This document shows positions 24,501-39,500 of a stretch of 64,000 nucleotides of DNA, in pieces; positions within the stretch are counted from its first letter, which is position 1, and each line of letters starts with the position of its first letter. The notes beneath the pieces are model-generated. The model saw nothing but the letters and a program-made list of their open reading frames with translations, was not told the DNA's origin and searched no databases. The position numbers were made by a program, and so were the translations under genes. Origin of the DNA: Azolla caroliniana (taxonomy: Eukaryota; Plantae; Polypodiophyta). Where the stretch lies: contig JBHGNT010000003.1 in the NCBI GenBank assembly GCA_043228905.1, positions 1 to 64,000 of the forward strand, read 5' to 3'.

Positions 24501-27500
24501 TCTCTCTCGACCTGAGTTTCAAAATCTCTATTTTTGAATTCCATATCATAGGTAGCGTTGTTAGCTTCGATTCGCATGTTTCAACACAAAAATCCGATAT
24601 GACACGAGCAAGGTATGAACATTTTCATTTACTAACGCGCTCCTCTCCACTAGCTCCTCAAATTTGCTAATTTCGTCATCTCTTTCGACCTATGTTTTAA
24701 AATCTTAATATTTTTATTCCCTATTATAGGTAGCGTTGTTAGCTTTGATTCGTATGTTTGAAAACAAAAATCGTATATCACACGAGCTAGGTATGAACAT
24801 TTTAATTTACTCTCCACTACCTTCTCGAGTTTGCAAATTTCTTCATATCTCTCGACCCGAGTTTCGAAATATTGATTTTTTAATTCCATCTCATAGCTAG
24901 CGTTATTAGCTTCGATTAGCTTGTTTGAACACAGGAATCCGATATCACACGACCCAGGTATGAACCTTTTAATTTACTCAAGGGCTCCTCTCAACTCCCT
25001 CCTCCAGTTAGCTAATTTCGTCATGTCTCTCGACCTGAGTTTCGAAATCTTGATTTATTAATTCCATATTATAGCTAGCGTTGTTAGCTTCGATTCGCAT
25101 GTTTGAACACAAAAATCCGATATCACACGAGCCAGGTATGAACATTTTAATTTACTCAAGGCTCCTCTCAACTCCGTCCTCAAGTTTGCTAATTTCGTCA
25201 TGTCTGTCGACCTGAGTTTCAAAATCTTGATTAATTAATTCCATATTTGCTAATTTCTTCATGTCTCTCGACCCGAGTTTCAAAATCTTGGTTTTTTAAT
25301 TCCATATCATAGGTAGTGTGTTAGCTTCCATTGGGATGTTTGAACACAAAAATCCGATATGACAGGGGCCAGGTCTGAACATTTTAATTTACTCTCGGGC
25401 TCTTCTCCACTACCTCCTCAAGTTTACTAATTTCTTCATATCTCTCGACCCAAGTTTCAAAATCTTGATTTTTTAATTCCATATCATAGCTAGCGTTGTT
25501 AGCTTCGTTTCGCATGTTTGAACACAAAAATCTGATATCACACGAGCCAGGTATCAACATTTTAATTTACTCAAGGGCTTTTCTCCACTAGCTCCTCAAA
25601 TTTGCTAATTTCTTCATGTCTCTCGACCCGAGTTTCAAAATCTTCGTTTTTTAATTCCATATCATAGGTAGCGTTGTTAGCTTCCATTGGGATGTTTGAA
25701 CACAAAAATCCGATATTACAGGGGCCAGGTATGAATATTTTAATTTACTAACGCGCTCTTCTTCACTACCTCCTCAAATTTACTCAAGGCTCCTCTGAAC
25801 TCCCTCCTCCAGTTTGCTAATTTCGCCATGTCTGTCGACCTGAGTTTCAAAATCTTGATTTATTAATTCCATATTATAGCTAGCGTTGTTTGCTTCGATT
25901 CGCATGTTTGAACACAAAAATCCGATATCACACAAGACAGGTATGAACATTTTAATTTACCTACTAGCTCTTCTCTACTCACTCCTCAAATTTGGTAATT
26001 TCGTCATGTCTCTCGACCTGAGTTTCAAAATCCTTATTTTTTAATTCCATATCATAGCTAGCGTTGTTAGCTTCGATTCGCATGTTTGAACACAAAAATC
26101 CGATATCACACGAGCCAGGTATGAACATTTTAATTTACTCAAGGCTCCTCTCAACTCCTTCCTCAAGTTTGCTAATTTCGTCATGTCTGTCGACCTAAGT
26201 TTCAAAATCTTGATTAATTAATTCGATATTATAGCTAGCGTTGTTAGCTTCGATTCGCATGTTTGAACACAAAAATCCGATATCACACGAGCCAGGTATG
26301 AACATTTTAATTTACCTACTAGCTCTTCTCATAGCTCGCGTTGTTAGCTTCGATTCGCATGTTCGAACACAAAAATCCGATATCACACGAGCCAGGTATG
26401 AACATTTTAAATTACTAACGCGCTCCTCTCCACTAGCTACTTAAATTTGCTAATTTCGTCATATCTGTCGACCTAAGTTTTAAAATCTTGAATTTTTTAT
26501 TCCATATTATAGGTAGCATTGTTAGCTTCGATTTGCATGTTTGAACACAAAAATCCAATATCACACGAGGAGAGTATGAACATTTTAATTTACTCATGGG
26601 CTCCTCTCCACTACTTCCTCAAGTTTGCTAAATTCGGCCTCTCTCTCGACCTAAGTTTTAAAATCTTGATTTTTTTATTCCATATCATAGCCAGCGTTGT
26701 TAGCTTCGATTCGCATGTTTCAACACTACAATCCGATATGACACGAGCAAGGTATGAACATTTTCATTTTCATTTTCAAGGGCTATTCTCAACTGCCTCC
26801 TCACGTTTGCTAATTTCTTCATGTCTCTCGACCTGAGTCTCAAAATTATAATTTTTCAATTCAATATCATAGCTACTGTTGTTAGCTATGATTCGCATGT
26901 GTCAACAGAAAAATCCGATATCACACGAGCCAGGTATGAACATTTTAAATTACTAACGCGCTCCTCTCCACTAGCTCCTCAAATTTGCTAATTTCGTCAT
27001 CTCTCTCGACCTAAGTTTTAAAATCTTGATTTTTTTATTCCATATTATAGGTAGCGTTGTTAGCTTCGATTCGCATGTATGAACACAAAAATCCTATATC
27101 ACACGAGCTAGGTATGAACATTTTAATTTACTCTCCACTACCTTCTTAATATTGATAATTTCGTCATCTCTCTCGACCTGAGTTTCAAAATCTTGATTTT
27201 TTAATTCCATCTCATAGCTAGCGTTGTTAGCTTCGATTCGCATGTTTCAACACTACAATCCGATATGACACGAGCAAGGTATGAACATTTTCATTTTCAT
27301 TTTCAAGGGCTATTCTGAACTGCCTCCTCACGTTTGCTAATTTCTTCATGTCTCTCGACCTGAGTCTCAAAATTATAATTTTTCAATTCAATATCATAGC
27401 TACTGTTGTTAGCTATGATTCGCATGTGTCAACAGAAAAATCCGATATCACACGAGCCAGGTATGAACATTTTAAATTACTAACGCGCTCCTCTCCACTA

Positions 27501-30500
27501 GCTCCTCAAATTTGCTAATTTCGTCATGTCTCTCGACCTAAGTTTTAAAATCTTGATTTTTTTATTCCATATTATAGGTAGCGTTGTTAGCTTCGATTCG
27601 CATGTATGAACACAAAAATCCTATATCACACGAGCTAGGTATGAACATATTTTTTTACTGTCCACTACCTTCTTAATATTGCTAATTTCGTCATCTCTCT
27701 CGACCTGAGTTTCAAAATCTTGATTTTTTAATTCCATCTCATAGCTAGCGTTGTTAGCTTCGATTCGCATGTTTCAACACTACAATCCGATATGACACGA
27801 GCAAGGTATGAACATTTTCATTTTCATTTTCAAGGGCTATTCTCAACTGCCTCCTCACGTTTGCTAATTTCTTCATGTCTCTCGACCTGAGTCTCAAAAT
27901 TATAATTTTTCAATTCAATATCATAGCTACTGTTGTTAGCTTTGATTCGCATGTGTCAACAGAAAAATCCGATATCACACGAGCCAGGTATGAACATTTT
28001 AAATTACTAACGCGCTCCTCTCCACTAGCTCCTCAAATTTGCTAATTTCGTCATCTCTCTCGACCTAAGTTTTAAAATCTTTATTTTTTTATTCCATATT
28101 ATGGGTAGCGTTGTTAGCTTCGATTCGCATGTATCAACACAAAAATCCTATATCACACGAGCTAGGTATGAACATTTTAATTTACTCTGCACTACCTCCT
28201 TAATATTGCTAATTTCTTCATATCTCTCGACCCGAGTTTCAAAATCTTGATTTTTTAATTCCATATCATAGCTAGCGTTGTAATCTTCGATTCGCATGTT
28301 CGAACACGGGGATCCGATATCACAGGAGCCAGGTATGAACATTTTAATCTACTAACGCGCTCTTCTCCACTAGCTCCTCAAATTTGCTAGTTTCGTCATC
28401 TCTCTCGACCTGAGTTTCAAAATCATGATTTTTGAATTCCATATCATAGCCAGCGTTGTTAGCTTCGATTCGCATGTTTCAACACTACAATCCGATATGA
28501 CACGAGCAAGGTATGAACATTTTCATTTTCATTTTCAAGGGCTATTCTCAACTGCCTCCTCACGTTTGCTAATTTCATCATGTCTCTCGACCTGAGTCTC
28601 AAAATTATAATTTTTCAATTCAATATCGTAGCTACTGTTGTTAGCTTTGATTCGCATGTGTCAACACAAAAATCCGATATCACACGAGCCAGGTATGAAC
28701 ATTTTAATTTACGAACGCGCTCTTCTCCACTAGCTTCTCAAATTTGCTAATTTCGTCATCTCTCTCGATGTGAGTTTCAAAATCTTCTTTTTTTAATTCC
28801 ATATCATAGCTAGCATTGTTAGCTTCGATTCGGATGTTCGAACACAAAAATCCGATATCACAGGAGCCAGGTATGAACATTTTAATTTACTAACGCGCTC
28901 TTTTCCACTAGCTCCTCAAATTTGCTAATTTCGTCATCTCTCTCGACCTGAGTTTCAAAATCTTGATTTTTTAATTCCATATCATAGCTAGCGTTGTTAG
29001 CTTCGATTCGCCTGTTTCAACACTAAAATCCGATATAACACGCGCAAGGTATGAACATTTTCATTTTCATTTTCAAGGGCTATTCTCAACTGTCTCCTCA
29101 CGTTTGCTAATTTCTTTATGTCTCTCGACCTGAGTCTCAAAATTATAATTTTTCAATTCAATATCATAGCTACTGTTGTTAGCTTTGATTCGCATGTGTC
29201 AACACAAAAATTCAATATCACACGAGCCAGGTAGGAACATTTTAAATTACTAACGCGCTCCTCTCCACTAGCTCCTCAAATTTGCTAATTTCATCATCTC
29301 TCTCGACCTAAGTTTTAAAATCTTGATTTTTTTATACCATATAATCGGTAGTGTTGTTAGCTTCGATTCGCATTGATGAACACAAAAATCCTATATCACA
29401 CGAGCTAGGTATGAACATTTTAATTTACTCTCCACTACCTCCTTAATATTGCTAACTTCTTCATATCTCTCGACCCGAGTTTCAAAATGTTAATTTTTTA
29501 ATTCCATATCATAGCTAGCGTTGTAATCTTCGATTCGCATGTTCGAACACACGGATCCGATATCACATGAGCCAGGTATGAACATTTTAATTTACTAACG
29601 CGCTCTTCTCCACTAGCTCCTCAATTTTGCTAGTTTCGTCATCTCTCTCCACCTGAGTTTCAAAATCTTGATTTTTGAATTCGATATCATAGGTAGCGTT
29701 GTTAGCTTCGATTCGAATGTTTGAACACAAAAATCCGATATCACACGAGCTAGGTATGAACATTTTAATTTACTCAAGGGCTCCTCTCCACTACCTCCTC
29801 AAGTTTGCTAATTTCTTCATCTCTCTCGACCCGAGTTTCAAAATATCATAGGTAGTGTTGTTAGCTTCGATTCGGATGTTCGGACACAAAAATCCAATAT
29901 CACACGAGCCAGGTATGAACATTTTAATTTACGAACGCGCTCTTCTCCACTAGCTCCTCAAATTTGCTCATTTCGTCATCTCTCTCGACGTGAGTTTCCA
30001 AAATCTTGATTTTTTAATTCCCTATCATAGCTAGCTTTGTTAGCATCGATTCGGATGTTCGAACACATAAATCCGATATCACACGAGCCAGGTATGAACA
30101 TTTTAATTTACCAACGCGCTCTTCTCCACTAGCTCCTCAAATTTGCTAATTTCGTAATCTCTCTCGACGTGAGTTTTAAAATCTTGATTTTTTTATTCCA
30201 TATCATAGGTAGCGTTGTTAGCTGCGATTCGCATGTTTGAACAGAAAAATCCTATATCACACGAGCTAGGTATGAACATTTTAATTTACTAGAGGGCTCC
30301 TCTCCACTACCTCCTCAAGTTTGCTAATTTCTTCATCTCTTTAGACCTGAGTTTCAATATCATAGGTAGTGTTGTTAGCTTCGATTCGCATGTTTGAACA
30401 CAAAAATCCGATATCACAGGGGCCAGGTATGAACATTTTAATTTACTCTAGGGCTCTTCTCTACTACCTCCTTAAATTTACTAATTTCTTCATATCTCTC

Positions 30501-33500
30501 GAACCGAGATTCAAAATCTTGAATTCTTAATTTCATATCATAGCTAGCGTTGTTAGCTTCGATTCGCTTGTTCGAACACAGGAATCCGATATCACACGAG
30601 CCAGGTATGAACATTTTAATTTACGAACCCGCTCTTCTCCACTAGCTCCTCAAATTTGCTAATTTCGTCATCTCTCTCGACCCGAGTTTCAAAATCTTGA
30701 TTTTTTTATTCCATATCATAGCTAGCGTTGTTAGCTTCGATGCGCATGTTTCAACACTAAAATCCGATATGACACGAGCAAGGTATGAACATTTTGATTT
30801 TCATTTTCATTTTCAAGGGCTATTCTCAACTGCCTCCTCACGTTTGCTAATTTCTTCATGTCTCTCGACCTGAGTCTCAAAATTATAATTTTTCAATTCA
30901 ATATCATAGCTACTGTTGTTAGCTTTGATTCGCACGTGTCAATAAAAAAATCCGATATCACATGAGCCAGGTATGAACATTTTAAATTACTAACGCGCTC
31001 CTCTCCACTAGCTCCTCAAATTTGCTAATTTCGTCATCTCGGTCGACCTAAGTTTTAAAATCTTGATTTTTTTATTCCATATTATAGGTAGCGTTGTTAG
31101 CTTCGATTCGCATGTATGAACACAAAAATCCTATATCACACGAGCTAGGTATGAACATTTTAATTTACTCTGCATTACCTCCTTAATATTGCTAATTTCG
31201 TCATATTTCTCGACCCAAGTTTCAGAATACTGATTTTTTAATTCCATCTCATAGCTAGCGTTGTAAGCTTCGATTCGAATGTTTGAACGCAGAAATCCGA
31301 TATCACACGAGCCAGGTCTGAACATTTTAATTTACGAACGCGCTCTTCTCCACTAGCTCCTCAAATTTGCTAATTTCGTCATCTCTCTCGACGTGAGTTT
31401 CAAAATCTTCATTTTTTAATTCAATATCATAGCTCGCATTGTTGGTTTCGATTCGGATGTTCGAACACAAAACTCCGATATCACACGAGCCAGGTATGAA
31501 CACTTTAATTTACTAACACGCTCTTCTCCACTAGCTCCTCAAATTTGCTAATTTCGTCATCTCTCTCGACCCGAGTTTCAAAATCTTGATTTTTTTATTC
31601 CATATTACAGGTAGCGTTGTTAACTTCGATTCGCATGTATGAACACAAAAATCCTCTATCACACGAGCTAGGTATGAACATTTTAATTTACTCTCCACTA
31701 CCTCCTTAATATTGCTAATTTCGTCATCTCTCTCGACCTGAGTTTCAAAATCTTGATTTTTTAATTCCATCTCACAGCTAGCGTTGTTAGCTTCGATTCG
31801 CATGTTTCAACACTACAATCCGATATGACACGAGCAAGGTATGAACATTTTCATTTTCATTTTCAAGGGCTATTCTCAACTGCCTCCTCACGTTTGCTAA
31901 TTTCTTCATCTCTCTCGACCTGAGTTTCAAAATCTGGATTTTTGAATTCCATATCATAGGTAGTGTTGTTAGCTTCGATTCGCATGTTTCAACACTACAA
32001 TCCGATATGACACGAGCAAGGTATGAACATTTTGATTTTCATTTTCAAGGGCTATTCTCAACTGCCTCCTCACGTTTGCTAATTTCTTCATCTCTCTCGA
32101 CCCGAGTTTCAAAATATCATAGGTAGTGTTGTTAGCTTCGATTCGCATGTTTGAACACAAAAATACAATATCACACGAGCAGAGTATGAACATTTTAATT
32201 TACTCAAGGGCTCCTCTCCACTACTTCCTCAAGTTTGCTAATTTCGTCATCTCTCTCGACCTGAGTTTCAAAATCTTGATTTTTTAATTCCATATTATAG
32301 GTAGTGTTGTTAGCTTCAATTCGCATGTGTCAACACAAAAATCCGATATCAGACGAGCTTCGATTGATTTTTTAATTGATTTTTTAATTCCATCTCATAG
32401 CTAGCATTGTAAGCTTCGATTCGCATGTTTGAACGCAAAAATCCGATATCACACGAGCCAGGTATGAACATTTTAATTTACGAACGCGCTCTTCTCCACT
32501 AGCTCCTCAAATTTGCTAATTTCGTCATCTCTCTCGACCTGAGTTTCAAAATCTTCATTTTTTAATTCTATATCATAGCTAGCATTGTTAGCTTCGATTC
32601 GGATGTTCGAACACAAAAATCCGATATCACACGAGCCAGGTATGAACATTTTAATTTACTAACGCGCTCTTCTCCACTAGCTCCTCAAATTTGCTAGTTT
32701 CGTCATCTCTCTAGACCTGAGTTTCAAAATCTTGATTTTTTAATTCCATATCATAGGTGGCATTGTTAGCTTCGATTCGGATGTTCGAACACAAAAATCC
32801 GATATCACACGAGCCAGGTATGAACATTTTAATTTACTAACGCGCTCTTCTCCACTAGCTCCTCAAATTTGCTAGTTTCGTCATCTCTCTAGACCTGAGT
32901 TTCAAAATCTTGATTTTTTAATTCCATATCATAGGTGGCGTTGTTAGCTTCGATTCGCATGTTTGAACACAAAAATCCTATATCACACGAGCTAGGTATG
33001 AACATTTTAATTTACTCAAGGGCTCCTCTCCACTACCTCCTCAAGTTTGCTAATTTCTTGATCTCTCTCGACCCGAGTTTCAAAATATCATAGGTAGTGT
33101 TGTTAGCTTCGATTCGCATGTTTGAACGCAAAAATCCGATATCACACGAGCCAGGTATGAACATTTTAATTTACGAACGCGCTCTTCTCCACTAGCTCCT
33201 CAAATTTGCTAATTTCGTCATCTCTCTCGACCTGAGTTTCAAAATCTTCATTTTTTAATTCTATATCATAGCTAGCATTGTTAGCTTCGATTCGGATGTT
33301 CGAACACAAAAATCCGATATCACACGAGCCAGGTATGAACATTTTAATTTACTAACGCGCTCTTCTCCACTAGCTCCTCAAATTTGCTAGTTTCGTCATC
33401 TCTCTAGACCTGAGTTTCAAAATCTTGATTTTTTAATTCCATATCATAGGTGGCGTTGTTAGCTTCGATTCGCATGTTTGAACACAAAAATCCTATATCA

Positions 33501-36500
33501 CACGAGCTAGGTATGAACATTTTAATTTACTCAAGGGCTCCTCTCCACTACCTCCTCAAGTTTGCTAATTTCTTCATCTCTCTCGACCCGAGTTTCAAAA
33601 TATCATAGGTAGTGTTGTTAGCTTCGATTCGCATGTTTGAACACAAAAATCCGATATCACAGGGGCCAGGTATGAACATTTTAATTTACTCTAGGGCTCT
33701 TCTCCACTACCTCCTTAAATTTACTAATTTCTTCATATCTCTCGACCCGAGTTTCAAATTCTCGTATTCTTAATTTCATATCATAGCTAGCGTTTTGAGC
33801 TTCGATTCGCATGTTTGAACACAAGAAACCGATATCACAGGGGCCAGGTATGAACATTTTAATTTACTCTCGGGCTCTTCTCCACTTCCTCCTCAATTTT
33901 GCTAATATCTTCATATCTCTTGACCCGAGTTTCAAAATCTTGATTTTTTAATTCCATATCATAGCTAGCGTTGTTAGCTTCGATCCGCTTGTTCGAACAC
34001 AAAAATCTCTCGACCCGAGTTTCAAAATCTTGAATTCTTAAATTCATATCATAGCTAGCATTGTTAGCTTCTATTCGGATGTTCGAACACAAAAATCCGA
34101 TATCACACGAGCCAGGTATGAACATTTTAATTTACTAACGCGCTCTTCTCCACTAGCTCCTCAAATTTGCTAATTTCGTCATCTCTCTCGACCTGAGTTT
34201 CAAATTCTGGATTTTTGAATTCCATATCATAGCTAGCGTTGTTAGCTTCAATTCGCATGTTTGAACACAAAAATCCGATATCACACGAGCTAGGTATGAA
34301 CATTTTAATTTACTCGAGGGCTCCTCTCCACTACCTCCTCAAGTTTGCTAATTTCTTCATCTCTCTCGACCCGAGTTTCAAAATATCATAGGTAGTGTTG
34401 TTAGCTTCGATTCGCATGTTTGAACGCAAATATCCAATATCACACCAGCCAGGTATGAACATTTTAATTTACGAATGCGCTCTTCTCCACTACTTCCTCA
34501 AGTTTGCTAATTTCGTCATCTCTCTCGACCTGAGTTTCAAAATCTTGATTTTTTAATTCCATATCATAGGTACTGTTGTTAGCTTCAATTCGCATCTGTC
34601 AACACAAAAATCCGAGATCACACGAGCCAGGTATGAACATTTTAAATTACTAACGCGCTCCTCTCCACTAGTTCCTCAAATTTGCTAATTTCGTCATCTC
34701 TCTCGACCTAAGTTTTAAAATCTTGATTTTTTTATTCGATATTATAGGTAGCATTGTTAGCTTCGATTTGCATGTTTGAAGACAAAAATCCAATATCACA
34801 CGAGCAGAGTATGAACATTTTAATTTACTCAAGGGCTCCTCTCCACTACTTCCTCAAGTTTAATAATTTCGTCATCTCTCTGCACCCGAGTTTCAAAATC
34901 TTGATTTTTTAATTCCATATCATAGCTAGCGTTGTTAGCTTCGATTCGCATGTTTGAACACAAAAATCCAATATCACACGAGCCAAGTATGAACATTATA
35001 ATTTACTAACGCGCTCTTCTCCACTAGCTCCTCAAATTTGCTAATTTCGTCATGTCTCTCGACCTGAGTTTGAAAATCTTGATTTCTCAAATCCATATCA
35101 TAGCTAGCGTTGTTAGCTTCGATTCGCTTGTTTGAACACAGGAATCCGAAATGACACGAGCCAGGTATGAACATTTTAATTTACTAACGCGCTTTTCTGC
35201 ACTAGCTCCTCAAATTTCCTAATTTCGTCATGTCTCTCGACCTCAGTATCAAAATCTTGATTTGTTAATTCCATATCATAGGTAGGGTTGTTAGCTTCGA
35301 TTCGCATGTTTGAACACAAAAATAGAATATCACACGAGCCAGGTATGAACATTTAAATTTACTAAGGTGCTCTTCTCCACTACCTCCTTAAATTTACTAA
35401 TTTCTTTATATCTCTTGACCCGAGTTTTAAAATCTTGAATTCTTAATTCCATATCATAGCTAGCTTTGTTAGCTTCGATTCGCATGTTTGAACACAAAAA
35501 TCCGATATCACAGGGGCCAGGTATGAACATTTTAATTTACTCTAGGGCTCTTCTCCACTGCCTCCTCATGTTTGCTAATTTCTTCATATCTCTCGACCCG
35601 AATTTCAAAATCTTGATTTTTTAATTCCATATCATAGCTAGCGTGGTTAGCTTCGATTCGCTTGTTCGAACATAGGAATCCGATATCACACGAGCCAAGT
35701 ATGAACATTTTAATTTACTCAAGGGCTCCTCTCAGCTCCCTCCTCCAGTTAGCTAATTTCGTCATGTCTCTCGACCTGAGCTTCAAAATCTTGATTTTTT
35801 AATTCCATATCATAGCTAGCGTTGTTAGCTTCGATTCGCTTGTTCGAACACAGGAATCCGATATCACACGAGCCAGGTATGAACATTTTAATTTACTAAC
35901 GTGCTCTTGTTCAGTACCTCCTTAAATTTGCTAATTTCTTCACATCTCTCGACCCGACTTTCTTCATATCTCTCGACCCGAGTTTCTTCATATCTCTCGA
36001 TTCGCATGTTTGAACACAAAAATCCGATATCACAGGGGCCAGGTCTGAACATTTTAATTTACTCTCGGGTTCTTCTCTACTACCTCCTCAAGTTTGCTAA
36101 TTTCTTCATATCTCTCGACCCGAGTTTCAAAATCTTGATTTTTTAATTCCTTATCATAGCTAGCGTTGTTAGCTTTGATTCGCTTGTTCGAACACAGGAA
36201 TCCGATATCACACGAGCCAGGTATGAACATTTTAATTTACTCAAGGGCTCGTCTCAGCTCCCTCCTCCAGTTAGCTAATTTCGTCATGTCTCTAGACCTG
36301 AGTTTCAAAATCTTGATTTTCTAATTCCATATCATAGCTAGCGTTGTTAGCTTCGATTCGCATGTTTGAACACAAATATCGGATATCATTCAAGCCAGGT
36401 ATGAACATTTTAATTTTCTAACGCGCTCTTCTCCACTGCCTCCTTAAATTTGCTAATTTCTTCATATCTCTCGACCCAAGTTTCAAAATCTTGATTTCTC

Positions 36501-39500
36501 AATTCCATCTCATAGCTAGCGTTGTGAGTTTCGCTTCGCATGTTTGAACGCAAAAATTCGATATCACACGAGCGAGAAATGAACATTTTAATTTACTAAC
36601 GTGCTCTTCTTCACTACCTCCTTAAATTTGCTAATTTCTTCATATCTCTGGACCCGAGTGTGTAAATCTTGATTTTTTAATTCCATATCGTAGGTACCGT
36701 TGTTAGCTTCGATTCGGATGTTTGAACAGAAAAATCCGATATCACACGAGCCAGGTATGCACATTTTAATTTACTCAAGGTCTCTTCTCAACTGCCTCCT
36801 CAAGTTTGCTAATTTCTTCATGTCTCTCGACCTGAGTTTCAAAATTATAATTTTTCAATTCAATATCATAGCTACTGTTGTTAGCTTCGATTCGCATGTC
36901 TGAACACAAAAATCCAATATCACACGAGCCAGGTATGAACATTTTCATTTACTCACGGGCTCTTGTCAACTCCCTCCTGGAATTTGCTAATGTGTTCATG
37001 TCTCTCGACCTGAGTTTCCAAATCTTGATTTCTTATTTCCATATCTTAGCTAACGTTGTTAGCTTCGATTCCCATGTTCGAACACAAACATTCGATATCA
37101 CACGAGCCAGGTATGAATGATTTCATTTAGTAACGGTCTCTTCCTCACTACCTCCTCAAATTTTGCTCATTTCGTCATGTCTCTCGATCTGAGTTTCAAA
37201 ATTCTAATTTCTCAATTCAATATCATATCTAGCGTTGTTAGCTTCGATATGCATGTTTGAACACACGAGCCATGTATGAATATTTTCATTTACTAACGGG
37301 CTCTTCTCAATTCCCTCCTCAAATTTGCTAATTTCTTCCTGTCTCTTGACCTGAGTTTCAAAATTTTCATTTTTTAATTCGATATCATAGCTACCATTGT
37401 TAGCTACGATTTTCATTTTGACCTCAAAAACCTGATATCACACGAGCGAGCTATGAACATTTTCATTTACTAAGGTGTTTTTTTCCACTCCCTCCTCAAG
37501 TTTGCTATTTTCGTCATATCTCTCGACCTGAGTTTCAAAATGTTGATTTTTCAATTCCATATCATAGCTAGCGTTGTTAGCTTCGATTCGCATGTTTGAA
37601 CACAAGAAACCGATATCACAGGGGCCAGGTATGAACATTTTAATTTACTCTCGGGCTCTTCTCCACTGCCTCCTCAATTTTGCAAATATCTTCATATCTC
37701 TCGACCCGAATTTCAAAATCTTGATTTTTTAATTCCATATCATAGCTAGCGTTGTTAGCTTCGATTTGCTTGTTTGAACACAAAAATCCAATATCACACG
37801 AGCCAAGTATGAACATTATAATTTACTACGCGCTCTTCTCCACTAGCTCCTCAAATTTGCTAATTTCGTCATGTCTCTCGACCTGAGTTTGAAAATCTCT
37901 ATTTCTCAATTCCATATCATAGCTAGTGTTGTTAGCTTCGATTCGCTTGTTCGAACACAGGAATCCGATATCACACGAGCCAGGTATGAACATTTTAATT
38001 TACGAACGCGCTCTTCTCCACTAGCTCCTCAAATTTGCTAATTTCGTCATCTCTCTCGACGTGAGTTTCAAAATCTTCATTTTTTAATTCCATATCATAG
38101 CTAGCATTGTTAGCTTCGATTCGCATGTTTGAACACAAAAATACAATATCACACGAGCCAGGTATGAACATTTTAATTTACTAACGCGCTCTTCTCCACT
38201 ACCTCCTAAAATTTACTAATTTTTTCATATCTCTCGACCCGTGTTTCAAAATCTTGAATTATTAATTTCATATCATAGCTAGCATTGTGAGCTTCGATTT
38301 GCATGCTTGAACACAAGAAACCGATATCACTGGGGCCAGGTATGAACATTTTAATTTACTCTCGGGCTCTTCTCCACTTCCTCCTCAATTTTGCTAATAT
38401 CTTCATATCTCTTGACCCGAGTTTCAAAATCTTGATTTTTTAATTCCATATCATAGCTAGCGTTGTTAGCTTCAATTCGCTTGTTCGAACACAGGAATCC
38501 GATATCACACGAGCCAGGTATGAACATTTTAATTCACTCACTTGCTCTTCTCCACTTCCTCCTGAAGTTTGCTAATTTCGTCATGTCTCTTGACCTGAGT
38601 TTAAAAAATGTAATTTTTTAAATCAACATCATAGCTAGCGTTGTTAGCTTCGATTCGCATGTTTGAACACAAAAATCCGATATCACACGAGCTAGGTATG
38701 AACATTTTAATTTACTCACGCGCTCTTCTCCACTGCCTCCTCAAGTTTGCTAATTGCTTCATATCTCTCGACCTGAGTTTCAAAATCTTGATATTCTAAT
38801 TCCATATAATAGCTAGTGTTGTTAACTTCAATTCGCATGTTTGAACACAAAAATCCAATATCACACGAGCCAAGTATGAACATTATAATTTACTAACGCG
38901 CTCTTCTCCACTAGCTAGCGTGTTTCTCGACCTGAGTTTCAAAATCTTGATTTCTCAATTCCATATCATAGCTAGCGTTGTTAGCTACGATTCACATGTT
39001 TGAACTCATAAATTCGATATCACACGAGCCAGGTATGAACATTTTCATTTACTAACGGGCTCTTGTCCACTCGCTCCTCAAGTTTTCTATTTTCTTCGTG
39101 TCTCTCGACCTGAGATGCAAAATCTTCATTTTTTAATTCCATATCATAGCTAGCGTTGTAAGCTTCCATTCGCATGTTTGAACACAAAATTCTAATATCA
39201 CACGAGCTAGGTATGAACATTTTAATTTAATGACGGGCTCTTCTCAACTCCCTCCTCAAATTTCATGTTTCTCGACCTGAGTTTCAAAATCTTGATTTCT
39301 CAATTCCATATCATAGCTAGCGTTGTTAGCTACGATTCGCATGTTTGAACACAAAAATCCGATATCACGCGAGCCGGGTATGAACATTTTATATTTTCAT
39401 TTCCTCAAGGGCTCTTCTCAACTCCCTCCTCAAATTTGCTAATTTCTTCATGTCTTTCGACCTGATTTTGAAAATCTTGATTTTTTAATTCCATATCAGA

